Shown here: positions 27,951-38,471 of the stretch, in pieces | Position numbering within the stretch: position 1 is the stretch's first letter | How the letters are laid out: the number at the start of each line of letters is the position of its first letter | Assembly: GCA_946965045.2 (NCBI GenBank) | Contig: OX337234.1 | Location: 3,038,001-3,102,000, forward strand | DNA: 64,000 nt | DNA from: Epithemia pelagica | Lineage: Eukaryota > Protista > Bacillariophyta | Reading direction: 5' to 3' | The notes under the pieces: generated by a model | Seen by the model: the letters and a program-made list of their open reading frames with translations, nothing else | What the model was told of the DNA's origin: nothing | The model's database searches: none | Position numbers and translations under genes: made by a program

Positions 27951-28785
27951 AAATTATTTCATGACAAATGACAACGTAGCGACCGGAGGAACCACGGTGA
28001 GATGGGACCATGACCAAAATATCCCCAACGGATAGAGTGCGGTTGAATACTTGGCCACCCGTTGAAAAGTGGCCAGTTTGGGATTTGGCCAGGTTACCAC
28101 GATAGTCACGTGTTAAACTTTATAGATTTTTTCCTCTCTAAAAAATGCTCAAATGAAAAATGACTCGTAGAACAACTGATGCTCTCATCGAGATCTCTCA
28201 GAATCCGGTGTTTTTTTCATGATTGGAGTGATCACCAGTGCTGGCCGTCCTGGCGCATAGCACACCTAGCTTACCTTTTTGCCATGCACAATGAGGGCAA
28301 GCCTCAATTAGCCTAATGAATGAGTCAAGTTTTTGTTCTATTACATGTAAAGTAGCTTATTAAAGCTCATAACAACAACAAGAGAGATACATTGTCCCTT
28401 CTTGGGCATCTCCTATGGACTCCTATGGAGTACTATTAGCAAACTTACACGAATGACTGGATGGGCAGAGGACAATTGAAGCAAGACCAGTGGTTGGAGC
28501 ATCATCTGTTTGCTTTAACACAGCAACAATTCAACCAGTCAACCACAACAAGCGCAGTAGAGTGTCTCTTTTGACTTTACAGAGACTGTGGAGCACTATT
28601 TTGGCAGCCTAAGTCCGTAATGTACATGTAACAACACGTACAATATTTATTTTCGGCCGTACCGTGCTATTATCACGGTGGCCAGTCAGTCAACTTTCCT
28701 GAAATTGAAGGGCCAGATTTGAAAGTGGTTTTGCGCTTGTAACTTCACAACTAATCAATATTTTTCTGCAAAAATTTTTTCCTAG

Positions 28786-29534
28786 TGTCTAGTCTACCGT
28801 TGTCCTCATATGAGGACATATCGTCATATGAAGACAAATTAGGCGCATTTCAGTTCATCGTATTCTTTGTAGCCTAGAGAAAAATGGATGGCACCATCGT
28901 TTTCCTCAGGTTTAGTTTGGTCCTGGTACCGGTTGCCAGGCTTTAATATCTTTGACAAGCATGGCAAAACTTCCCCTGAACACGGCACAACACGCATTGT
29001 CTCAACAAAAAAAAAATTTTTCTCCGACAGAGTGACGGCCCAAGCCAGAGTGATGGCCCAAGCCCAGAACTGATCAACAGGGTGACAGGAGGGGGAAGTT
29101 GTGGGATATTTGTGCACTTGACTCCAACAAAAAGGAAACGAAAGACTAAAGATGGGAGAATGACAAACCACTCATTGCAAGGACGTTGCCGTGTCTGCAA
29201 CATGAAAACAAGGTTCACGTGCTCTATTTGTGGTGATGACCAAGAACGCGGCAACGAACAGTGTGTATGGCTTTGCCACACAGAAACTGGTCGTATGTGC
29301 TTTCCTGAGCATGTGAGTAGTGAACATAATGATGTAGTTGCAGTATAGAGTCCTATAGCAACTCTCTGTTGAATTATATTAAGGATTATACGGCCGTTCA
29401 CCATGGTCGAAACACAAAAAAAGAGCAAAGTACTATCTATCCTATAGTGGATGGGATTTTGAGGTGAAAAAACACTGTCCTCATATGAGGACAAATGCTG
29501 GTTTATATGAGGACAGACATCGGTAGACTAGACA
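28786..29534 (+). mobile_element. Internally deleted piggyBac-like element with apparent CTAG target-site duplication
   Basis: The inverted repeat CCTAGTGTCTAGTCTACCG (28781-28799) pairs with 29521-29539. The perfect palindrome TGTCCTCATATGAGGACA lies at 28801-28818 and 29476-29493. The element encodes a transposase-type C-terminal Cys-rich domain. Exact ends depend on whether CTAG is TSD or TIR. Confidence 0.85.
28980..29348 (+). pseudogene. piggyBac transposase C-terminal fragment (Cys-rich zinc-binding domain); DDE core missing
   Basis: HLTPTKRKRK (NLS-like)...QGRCRVCNMKTRFTCSICGD...VWLCHTETGRMCFPEH follows the CxxC...CxxC...LC...CF..H pattern of the piggyBac CRD. Confidence 0.8.
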
Positions 29535-29668
29535 CTAGGATAGCTCTATCCAAGAGCTGTATCGATTGCGCTACTTTTTGAGTCATTTGGGTGTTTGTGT
29601 ATTGTGAGGGGATTTTTCACAGCTGGCTGGCGGCCAGCCAGTCAACCGCACTCTACTACCTAGTATGT

Positions 29669-31084
29669 ATGGTCGTCTCCCCGAGCGCCACAAAAAATTC
29701 AATTCAACGCCATGATGATTCGAGAGATGAACCATCCAATGTCGAGGCTGTATGGTTTGTCCATATTCCTTCTCTTCTTTCAACTATCGTTCGGATAGAT
29801 TCACGGCAGAAACGTCACGACGGCTCACCAATCAACGTCACGAGGATGAGAAACGTTCGACGACAAGCCCTCTTATCCATCTTGGGAGTCCTTCTCTTGG
29901 TGTGGTGTCTGACCACACAATCCTCCTGGTTGGGACCACGCTCCAGAAACACGTCCGTCAGCAGCAACAGCCAGGACCACCACTATCTCTTGCATCCCAC
30001 CGAAGAGACGTTCGTGGCACAAGGACACTCGGCCAAGGAACAACAAGAACACCAGGGTGGTCTTTCGAACCAAGCCAAGGCGACTTGGTGTCCCCAGGCC
30101 ACTTGTCCAGTCACGACCATTTGCCACCCCTGCAAACGACGCTACTTGATTCTTTTGGCGGCCGGACGTTCGGGGAGTACCACCTTGTTGCACATGCTCA
30201 ATAGTTTGCCCGGCATTCGATTGAGTGGCGAAAACAATGGTGTCCTCCACAACTTTCAATACGCCATTGACAAGACCCGATCAGTCCCCAACTGGCAGAC
30301 ACCCAACACGGCCAAGTGGACCCCTCCCACGGCATGGTCGCATTATCCAGTCACGTCGTCCAATTTTGCCTGTGTCACACAACAAATGGTCGAAGTCCTG
30401 ACACCACCACCCGCTGCACCCGAACCAAATCACGACCAGGATCCTGACGACGACCACGGTACCATTATTGGGTTCAAGACCATTCGATTTCCGCAACTCC
30501 CACAAAGTAAAACCGTCGAATTCCACAACCCTCGATTTCCAAAACCACCAACACCCAAACAAGAACACGGTCCAGGTCGTCGACTTTCACGACAACGCCT
30601 TCCGCGACCACAAATACAGTCCCAACACCAACAGCAACAGCAGCAAGAGCTCCTGGAGAAAGAACAGGAAACGCGATGGAACTTGCTTCGAGAGGCTGCC
30701 GTGTTTTTGAATGAAACCTTTCCCTGTGGACGGTTTATCATTAGTATCCGGAATCCCCACGAACGGGCCAAGTCGGTCAAACGGGCCTTTCATTCCAAGC
30801 AGTCCATGCCTACAGCCGTACGGGAATCCCAACAAAAGAATCAAAACTTGTTGGACTTGGCAACCTTGTTGGGGGGACCGCAGCGATGGATTGTCTTGAA
30901 TAGTTCGGAATGGACCCAAAATATTACCATTCTCAACGACATGGTATCGTCCTGGTTGGGCTTTGACAAGGCCTGTCATTTTGACCAGCTATTCGAGTTG
31001 AATACCCAAGGAAAGGGCTATGGGAGAGGCAACGTAACAAGTCGCTACAGGCTTCCACCGGGATGTACTCCGCTTCCGTTCTAA
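29669..31084 (+). CDS. Type II membrane sulfotransferase-family protein
   Basis: Signal anchor ALLSILGVLLLVWCL, PAPS loop AAGRSGSTTLLHMLNSLPGIRLSGEN, IIGFKTIRF. Start is ATG 29669 or, more likely, 29846. Confidence 0.82.
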   Translation: MVVSPSATKNSIQRHDDSRDEPSNVEAVWFVHIPSLLSTIVRIDSRQKRHDGSPINVTRMRNVRRQALLSILGVLLLVWCLTTQSSWLGPRSRNTSVSSNSQDHHYLLHPTEETFVAQGHSAKEQQEHQGGLSNQAKATWCPQATCPVTTICHPCKRRYLILLAAGRSGSTTLLHMLNSLPGIRLSGENNGVLHNFQYAIDKTRSVPNWQTPNTAKWTPPTAWSHYPVTSSNFACVTQQMVEVLTPPPAAPEPNHDQDPDDDHGTIIGFKTIRFPQLPQSKTVEFHNPRFPKPPTPKQEHGPGRRLSRQRLPRPQIQSQHQQQQQQELLEKEQETRWNLLREAAVFLNETFPCGRFIISIRNPHERAKSVKRAFHSKQSMPTAVRESQQKNQNLLDLATLLGGPQRWIVLNSSEWTQNITILNDMVSSWLGFDKACHFDQLFELNTQGKGYGRGNVTSRYRLPPGCTPLPF

Positions 31085-31089
31085 CCACA

Positions 31090-32190
31090 TCAATCATAAT
31101 AACAGCAACCAGGACGGCGGGTGTAGTCGTTTTGCACGGTGACAGCTTTCCACAATTGGATTGTTTCTCGGTAAGGCTCGTTGCACGGTAATCAGACCAC
31201 GATTCCGATCTGTTCAGCTCGAGAAAACAGCAAAACGAACTGCACACATCACGGCGATTCCCTGCGTTACCGGAAGGCAGAAACCTTGGTATGAATGTAG
31301 AGGAGAATGTCTAGCTTTGGAAAGGAGTGGATTGAGAAGGTACTCCATGAAAGTGTCTGGACACGATTGGCCAAGACGGCCGTTATCGTGGTCGTCAAAA
31401 CCAATAGGAAGCCCTTTCCCACATACTACTAAGCAGCCGGAGACAAGGCTGGTAACCACATACTACTAAGCAGCCGGAGACAAGGCTGGTAACGCTGGTA
31501 TGGCATGGAAGTCCACGAATGGGGACATTGGCGACGAATAAACAGTAATCGAAACCGCTGAAGAAACGTACAGTTTTTCAATCTCATGAATGCTGGTGTA
31601 GTGTTGGTAATGGCGCATATTCTGTTTTTACAGGACGAGAATATCAGTGAGGGATTGTCTAGCTACGGCATTTGGTCCTTTTGACCTCTGCTGCTGCTTA
31701 GTTCGTTGCGAGGTACAAACACCGTGATGATAGTATATGTCTTACACGGTGTTGGTGCTTTTGGTGCCTTGATGAACGTCAAAACGCCACTCCGAGACCA
31801 ATGGCAGTATGGGCGAAAATCTCTACCTCCTGATTGATGCGGTATAGAGTGGTATCATGGGAAAGATCCATGTGATACTGACATTGTGAAACCTTTGTCT
31901 TCACACCAGCAGCTGGAAAAGTCTGATATTTGGAATCAAATGCCGGAAAAGGCTTCTGCTACTACCCACGTCTTCCAAATGCTGATAGCTGACCATGGCG
32001 GATGTATGCATACTGACGATCGCTACGACAAGAAGGAATGTAGATGCGACTACGATAAATGCCATGGCATCAAAAGAAAATTCATGTTCTGTCGATGCCT
32101 TCAAAACATGCTAGGAGTTGCTGTCTATTGTGATGTCTTTCGACAGAGCAAGCCACTCCTGTACAGTGACTTGGAGCTTTTCATTACCTA
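31090..32190 (-). pseudogene. Decayed coding remnant, family unassigned
   Basis: Protein-like fragments in several minus frames are broken by stops and a frameshifting duplication, e.g. LPIGFDDHDNGRLGQ...FCLP and LPCNEPYRETIQLWKAVTVQNDY. Confidence 0.3.
31419..31492. repeat. Perfect tandem duplication, 2 x 37 bp
   Basis: CCACATACTACTAAGCAGCCGGAGACAAGGCTGGTAA at 31419-31455 and 31456-31492. Confidence 0.95.
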
Positions 32191-32337
32191 ATAGGATTCA
32201 CAACGTTACTAAGGAGTGACATGATCTTCATCAAGGCTTAAAATATCATTATGTAAAAATGACAACTGTTGGAGAGTATAATTTCCATGATAGTTCCCTC
32301 AGTTTTTGATGTGACATGTAACCTGATGTTGCACATT

Positions 32338-33528
32338 TCAAGTGCCATCCTCCTTTGTATTGGTCCTCACTCGTTTACGGGATGTTCTATTGACATCTCG
32401 AATACCCATTCCGTCCCGAAAATGAAAGCATCCGTTTGGGTTTTGTTGACGGAGTTGACAAAAACACCACGTATTCTTGTCCATTAGTGGTAATGTTGCA
32501 CATCTAGGATTCTCAACCCCACCAATCTGTGCAATATGATTCCCAAGAGTCACCAAACTGGAGCCATCCTCGATATTTCCAATGGATGGGAGAGTCCACA
32601 CGCAGTTGCGGTGCGTATCCAAGATTTCCACGGTTGGACGGTCCCCTTCCGTCACAACCAGACAGGATCCCACGGCAACCACTGCATACCAACTCATATG
32701 TGGGACGGAACGCACCGAATGAGAATAAGTGGTCCAAGTGGACGAGAATGAAATGGCTGGAGCAGTGGTGTCCTCCTTTGTCTCTTCATTGTTGCAAAGC
32801 TTTGCAACGTCCAAATACTCCACCGAATCAAGATCGTAAGAGCCTCCCACGACAAAGATTCGGTGACCAATGATCGCACTGCCAAAATATGATCGTTGAA
32901 CATTCATGGATGGTCCCGTAATGACCGTCTCGTTGCTAGTATCAATAACATCAACCGACGACAATTTCCATATCCCCCTTGGGTTTCCACCCATGACAAC
33001 AATGTAGCGATCGTGAACCGCAACAGCACAACATCCATTTCTTTTTGTTGAAAGCCGACATTTCAATGTTTTCCACGGGCTTTCATCTGTGATGCTTGTA
33101 GTTACAGATGATTGTAGCAAATAAGTGGAATCAATTCGTTCCATACAATCCAAACTTTTTAGATCCGCTCTTCCTCCAATCACGTAGATGCCTCCGTTGC
33201 ACACAACAGCGGCAAGTCCACGACGTCTCTTATTCATGGGTGGCCCTTCTCTCCACCGCTTGTTTGGGTCTGCTAGATTCAATAACCGAACGGAATCAAG
33301 CTCGCCTGGATCTGTCTCATATCCGCCCAACACGACGACGGTCTGTCTGTTGTTGTTGTTGTTGTAGCTGTCGTTGTTGTCCGTATCGGGATGATTGAGT
33401 ACGACCGATGCATGAAACCAAAGCCCTCCACCCTCATGCGGAGGCCAGTCCTCGAAATTCCATTCTGCAGTCTCATTCAAAAGCACAAGGCCCGATTGCC
33501 ATGCTTGTTCTTGCAGTGTCATGGTCAT
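32338..33528 (-). CDS. Kelch-repeat protein, intronless
   Basis: Repeated GG...W/R kelch units: VVVLGG...WREGPPMNKRR, IYVIGG, YIVVMGG...GPSMNVQRS, IFVVGG. Confidence 0.92.
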   Translation of the reverse strand: MTMTLQEQAWQSGLVLLNETAEWNFEDWPPHEGGGLWFHASVVLNHPDTDNNDSYNNNNNRQTVVVLGGYETDPGELDSVRLLNLADPNKRWREGPPMNKRRRGLAAVVCNGGIYVIGGRADLKSLDCMERIDSTYLLQSSVTTSITDESPWKTLKCRLSTKRNGCCAVAVHDRYIVVMGGNPRGIWKLSSVDVIDTSNETVITGPSMNVQRSYFGSAIIGHRIFVVGGSYDLDSVEYLDVAKLCNNEETKEDTTAPAISFSSTWTTYSHSVRSVPHMSWYAVVAVGSCLVVTEGDRPTVEILDTHRNCVWTLPSIGNIEDGSSLVTLGNHIAQIGGVENPRCATLPLMDKNTWCFCQLRQQNPNGCFHFRDGMGIRDVNRTSRKRVRTNTKEDGT

Positions 33529-33635
33529 AGACTATAAGGTTACGAGTACACCGTGTTATTATATATCGCGTTGGGTGGGGTTTTGTCAGAAAGGGTGTCT
33601 GTCGTGCGTACGCTGCAGTAGAGCTGGGCGAAAAA

Positions 33636-33663
33636 GGTCAAAGACCGCCACGTGGTAGTCGCG
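33636..33663 (-). promoter_or_regulatory. 28-bp G-box-containing element, copy 2
   Basis: GGTCAAAGACCGCCACGTGGTAGTCGCG, about 110 bp upstream of the Kelch ATG; matches 27923-27950. Confidence 0.6.
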
Positions 33664-34376
33664 GATAAAGAATGTGACAAATTTAAGCGATTGAATCATC
33701 ATCCCTATGACAGACCATTGTGGTACTCCCAAGCAGGGGTGAGTCAGAGTAACGCGTGATTGAATGCACCATGAGTAATGAGTAAGAAAATACATCGAAG
33801 ATGCTGACCCAACTGCGACCTGGACTCACCCCCGCTGGGGAATAACTAATGTGGACGGCGCGTTCGTCTCATTATTTTCTCACGCGCTCCCCATTTCATT
33901 TTTTTTCTTTGGAGGTTTGTGTTTGGTTTGGTTTGTGGTTCGAGCTGTTACTCTACGTTCGATCCGATTGATTGGTATAGAGTTTCGCATTGTGCTCGGT
34001 TTCGCTAGTCTCTCGGTTTCGAAGAAAAAACCTGTCTCTGGAACCATCGCATCACGAGGGAGGGTGTGCTGCTCTGTTTTGCTTGGACATTATTGCGTCG
34101 TCCACGGTTGGCATTCGCGAGATTCTGTGTTACCATCGACAAGAAGAACCAAACGAAAAACATACATACATCTAGTCAACACCCTGGAGACTTGGCCGAA
34201 ACCAAGGCGAGGACGAAGAAGAAAAAGACACCAACCAGGTTTTTGGTTCTTTGGAGCAAACGAAACAACGACAACATTGTCTTGTCCAACCTCGGAGTGT
34301 CGTACTCCAGCATATACAGGCAGATTGATAGTGTTCCAGACTCTTGTTGTGTTGGTTGTGTCAGCACCATTCTCTC

Positions 34377-37300
34377 ATGTCGTCCGAACAACAACAGCAA
34401 CAACAACAATTGCAACAAGTGCAGGAAGCGGCCCGTGCCGTGGTTCATCCCTTGACCGATGCTTCGACTCGTACGGCAGCCTCTCAATGGTTGGAAGCAT
34501 GGACGGCCAGTCCCCATTCGTGGTCTCTGCATGTGACGTGGTTGCAAGCCATGGTAACGATCGTTGTACAACAACAATCACTACAACAACAACAAGAAGA
34601 AATGGGCCTCTCCCTCTTGTGTTTGCAACTCTTGCAAAGCAAATTGCGCAAACAAGTGCCTCGCAATCAACCCGATCCACAAGTTGTGGTACCCATTTTG
34701 GAACCCTTGCACCACGTCTTGACTCAATTGCTTGTGTGGCTGGATCACCACAACCAGAACCTCAATTCTACCAATGCCAACAACAACAATGCCAATAATG
34801 GAGGTCCTCAAGCCTTGTTGATGCCTGCGACCATTTGTTATGCCGCCTTGGCGGTCCGGTGTGGAGGCTTGTCGACGCTCGTGTCGGAGTTGATGGTGAG
34901 TCGCTCGGCGACACCCACAACGCCTCCAACAACAGCAACATCCACAACAACAATGTCCTTGTCCTCCTCCTCCTTGTGGTTGGTTCTCAAAGTGGTCGTC
35001 CAAATCCCCATGGAATTGGGCACCTGCAACGATTTGACCACGGTTCAAGTCACGGCCGAATTGCAACCGCATTTACCAACCATATTGGAAACGTGTGGTC
35101 ACGTCCTGGCGGCGCAACAACAACAACCATCATTGGAGGACGATACGACTACTTCTCCTCGGTTGCTCGTGGCGGCCTTGGATGCGTTGGAAACTTGGAC
35201 ACGAGCGTGTCATGTCAGTCTGTCGCAATTGTTGGAGTGTGTTGTTGTGGCAACAAGACACACATCATCACCACCACCACCACAAGACTACACGAATAAG
35301 AGCCTCTTGTGGTTGCTGCTGCAACTCGTGTCGGAACCAAACCACCACCACAATACTGCTGCTGGTGGTCGTCCACCACCACCCGTTTCGTGGAAGAATC
35401 CCATGGTTCTCATCTTGACCTGTCGCATCTTGACCGAAGCCTTGGTCAGTCCCACCGATGCCTGCACACCACAACGATTGCAAGCCTGTCAACTCTTGAT
35501 GCAAGCCATGCAACCACCCATACAAAACGATCCAGCAGCCAACCACCATCCTTTGACCAACTGTTTTGTGGCACCCTTGGAATATTCGACCAAGTGCTTA
35601 TTGTCCTTGTCCTCGCCAAATAACCACCACCACCACAATCCACAACAGGCACTGTCGTCGTCCTTGGGGTGGACGGCCGACGATTGTACCTCCATTGCTC
35701 ATGCGGTTGCGACGGTGGTGGGCACCTTGGTGACGGAAGAAGTGGATTGGATCGTGGCCACCGAAGGGACGGCAGCGGTATTGATCCCCCTCTTGTTGCA
35801 GGGATTACAAGACCATCCATCAATGCCAGTCACGAGTTTGGCCTTGGAATGTTGGTTGACCATTCAACAAGTGCCAACACGACAACGACTGCCCGCCTAT
35901 CAATCCGCCCAACACTTGTGGATTCCGGTCGTCACGTCGCTGATACGACGCATTGCCTATCCGACCGTCGAGTTTGTGTCGTGGAGTCGTTATTCCGAGT
36001 TCGTGTGGTCGTCTGGCGGTAGTAGTAGTAGTAGTTTGGTCGTGGAACAAGAAGACTGGGACGAATTGCGACGCTTGGTCCCCGATGTTTGGATTGGATG
36101 TTATTTTTCCTTGCGGTCGCAATTTGTTCAGTGTGTGACACACTCCATCATGACGACAATACCAACAACCATACCCACAACTTGGGTCGACCAAGAAGCG
36201 GCTCTCTTTGCCTTGACCGTCACGGCTCGAGAGATACAAACACGCCTGACCAGTAGTCATTCCACCAAGAGCATTGTCCAAGACAAGCACGACACGGTCC
36301 AATCCTTGGTCGCCTTGGCCCAATACCTGTGTCAGCTCAGTGCCACCTGGTACGATCCATCACAGGCAGCAGCATCTTTGTCAAACTCGAACCACCAAGC
36401 GTCGTCATCCTCCTATTGTTATACGGCATTGTCCGGTCCCAGTCCTCATCCCCTCTTGGTAGCCAAGGTGTGTGACTGTTTGGGTGCCCATGGTTCCGTC
36501 TGGAATGCCCACTTGGATGCCGCCGCTGTCGGACAAATTTTGACGCTCTTGACACGTACCTGGCAATGGCATGCATCCAAACAACAGTTTTCTGCGACTA
36601 CGGCGACCGCTGCGGCCAAGGCCTGGAAACAAGTCGTGGTGGCCTGTACTCCAGTACTCACCACCGCAGTGCCTCCTACGGCCCTTTCGACCATGCTTTC
36701 GCATGCCATGGAATTGGCTTTGAGTTTGGGAGAAATGATAGCCATTTCCAACCAAAACGATGAAAACGACGACGACGACGACGATGATGATGAACCTTCC
36801 ATGGAACAAGCGGTTCTCGAACTTGTGGCGGAAGGATCCGTACGATGCATTGTCCAAGTCTCGGATCCAACCGTGGTCCAAGCCTTGTTGGGAACCATGA
36901 CTCGATTGGTGGTCCAGCATGCTGACCTGGCCTTGACCCAATTGTCCTCAGCAGTCGCAACGAACCCTAATAATTCAGAGGAACTTGCACACAAGCAGCA
37001 AGCATTGTCCAATGATCTGTTTGCCTTGCAGGTCATGATTCGATTCAGTGAAACTCGTACTTCGGGCGATTCCTCTTCAACCTCACCGCTGGAGACCATG
37101 TTGTCATTGATATGGCCCCTTTTGGAACATGTCTCGCAACAACCCTGGATCCTTACGAATTCCAAGAATTCCTTGTTACCTCCCATTCTGGCCTTGCATG
37201 AACAATTGCTCAAAAGCATGCCATGGTTTGTCGCACCCCGATTTGAACCAACCATGAACTTTGTCGTTCAAGTTTTGGAAAAGACACACGATTTTAGTAC

Positions 37301-38141
37301 CCTGACCTATATGGTCAGTGCCATGGAAACCTTTTCGGGCGGTAACGGTGTGGTCTTTGACTTTGGTCCTTTGTTGACCCATGTGTATCGTGTTGTTTCC
37401 TCCGTCTTGTATTCCAAACAATCACAACAAACACCATCTCCTCGTACGGCGCTATCTATGACCACTGCGGAAGGTGACTCGTTTTTGTTGTATGTAATGA
37501 TTGGGGGATTTTTTCTCTTGTGTGGACGCTCGCTCTTGTATGCGCCCTTGGCGTTGCCGCAATGTCCCGTCTTGTCAGATGTGGTGACCTTGGCAGTAGC
37601 ATGTCTCGGAGAATGTCAGGGGGAAGCCAATTCGACACGACAGGTGCTCAACTTTTTGACCAAATTTTATGGTTGGCGATCCTTGCCCCTTTCCACCGAA
37701 CACAAGAGGAGGTTGGAAGAACAATCGTCCAGTGTATTGGACAATCTCATGATGCAACATGGACCACGTGTAGTACAGGCCTGTCTGGAAATGCTTCTGG
37801 GGGGATCACAAATTTTGTGGGGATCCAGTAGCGATTGTCTCTTTGCTCTGGTCGCTGCCACCACAACGACGACAACGACTGCAAACACGAGTCCGACTCA
37901 TCCAAATCAAACGGCAGCGACTTCGATTCATGCCGTATCACGTCCTTGGTTGGAAGCGGTTCCCATTCCACCCGAACATGGTTCGGTCTATCATGGTACA
38001 GTCATTCCCTTGTTGCTTCAAATGGCCGCACAAGGACCTACCAAACAAAAGGCCAAGGCCAGACTCTTGTTGTCGGATTTTTGCAACATTGTGCGCGGAG
38101 AAGCCTCACCCGAGGTACTCATCTCATATTCCTTGCCCTAA
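34377..38141 (+). CDS. Importin-beta-family HEAT protein (transportin-3/importin-13-like)
   Basis: N-terminal RTAASQWLEAW...SW and LQLLQSKLRK (IBN_N-like); helical repeats with LALECWLTIQ, DQEAALFAL, RFCNIVRG-type C-terminus. The subfamily is inferred. Confidence 0.7.
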   Translation: MSSEQQQQQQQLQQVQEAARAVVHPLTDASTRTAASQWLEAWTASPHSWSLHVTWLQAMVTIVVQQQSLQQQQEEMGLSLLCLQLLQSKLRKQVPRNQPDPQVVVPILEPLHHVLTQLLVWLDHHNQNLNSTNANNNNANNGGPQALLMPATICYAALAVRCGGLSTLVSELMVSRSATPTTPPTTATSTTTMSLSSSSLWLVLKVVVQIPMELGTCNDLTTVQVTAELQPHLPTILETCGHVLAAQQQQPSLEDDTTTSPRLLVAALDALETWTRACHVSLSQLLECVVVATRHTSSPPPPQDYTNKSLLWLLLQLVSEPNHHHNTAAGGRPPPPVSWKNPMVLILTCRILTEALVSPTDACTPQRLQACQLLMQAMQPPIQNDPAANHHPLTNCFVAPLEYSTKCLLSLSSPNNHHHHNPQQALSSSLGWTADDCTSIAHAVATVVGTLVTEEVDWIVATEGTAAVLIPLLLQGLQDHPSMPVTSLALECWLTIQQVPTRQRLPAYQSAQHLWIPVVTSLIRRIAYPTVEFVSWSRYSEFVWSSGGSSSSSLVVEQEDWDELRRLVPDVWIGCYFSLRSQFVQCVTHSIMTTIPTTIPTTWVDQEAALFALTVTAREIQTRLTSSHSTKSIVQDKHDTVQSLVALAQYLCQLSATWYDPSQAAASLSNSNHQASSSSYCYTALSGPSPHPLLVAKVCDCLGAHGSVWNAHLDAAAVGQILTLLTRTWQWHASKQQFSATTATAAAKAWKQVVVACTPVLTTAVPPTALSTMLSHAMELALSLGEMIAISNQNDENDDDDDDDDEPSMEQAVLELVAEGSVRCIVQVSDPTVVQALLGTMTRLVVQHADLALTQLSSAVATNPNNSEELAHKQQALSNDLFALQVMIRFSETRTSGDSSSTSPLETMLSLIWPLLEHVSQQPWILTNSKNSLLPPILALHEQLLKSMPWFVAPRFEPTMNFVVQVLEKTHDFSTLTYMVSAMETFSGGNGVVFDFGPLLTHVYRVVSSVLYSKQSQQTPSPRTALSMTTAEGDSFLLYVMIGGFFLLCGRSLLYAPLALPQCPVLSDVVTLAVACLGECQGEANSTRQVLNFLTKFYGWRSLPLSTEHKRRLEEQSSSVLDNLMMQHGPRVVQACLEMLLGGSQILWGSSSDCLFALVAATTTTTTTANTSPTHPNQTAATSIHAVSRPWLEAVPIPPEHGSVYHGTVIPLLLQMAAQGPTKQKAKARLLLSDFCNIVRGEASPEVLISYSLP

Positions 38142-38471
38142 CCACAGTTCCATCCCCCCAAACAAAACGAGCCTGTAGGGAACAACCACTGCTATCGACG
38201 GATAAGACACTCCTTCTCATATTTGTCACTTTCTAATTTTGAGAGGTAATCACATCATGTTACTTCTATTCGTTTCTTCTATATATATATATGGATTCAG
38301 TTTCCATTTGTGTAGCCTATTGTGGATGGTGAGGTTGGATATTTTTTAGATAGCCGAATGATATGACAATTCATCCCATGGATTCATGTGCATACGATGT
38401 AGACTCTGCCGGTTAACTAGAGTATACACTGAAAGGCGCGCATTACAATAGAACATGGCAGCTTTCCTTTC

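Larger units (their letters stand above)
28035..29653. mobile_element. Non-autonomous TIR DNA transposon with TA target duplication; hosts the nested piggyBac remnant
   Basis: Left end TA|GAGTGCGGTTGAATACTTGGCCACC; right end, reverse-complemented, TA|GAGTGCGGTTGACTGGCTGGCCGCC. There are 12 perfect TIR bases plus TA on both sides, and further TGGCC.CC similarity. Internal CCAGTCAAC-type motifs occur at 28535 and about 28682. Confidence 0.8.

Noticed and set aside
33851-34798. 315-aa ORF overlapping the importin start
   Set aside because: Non-ATG start, low complexity, out of frame with the well-supported importin gene.
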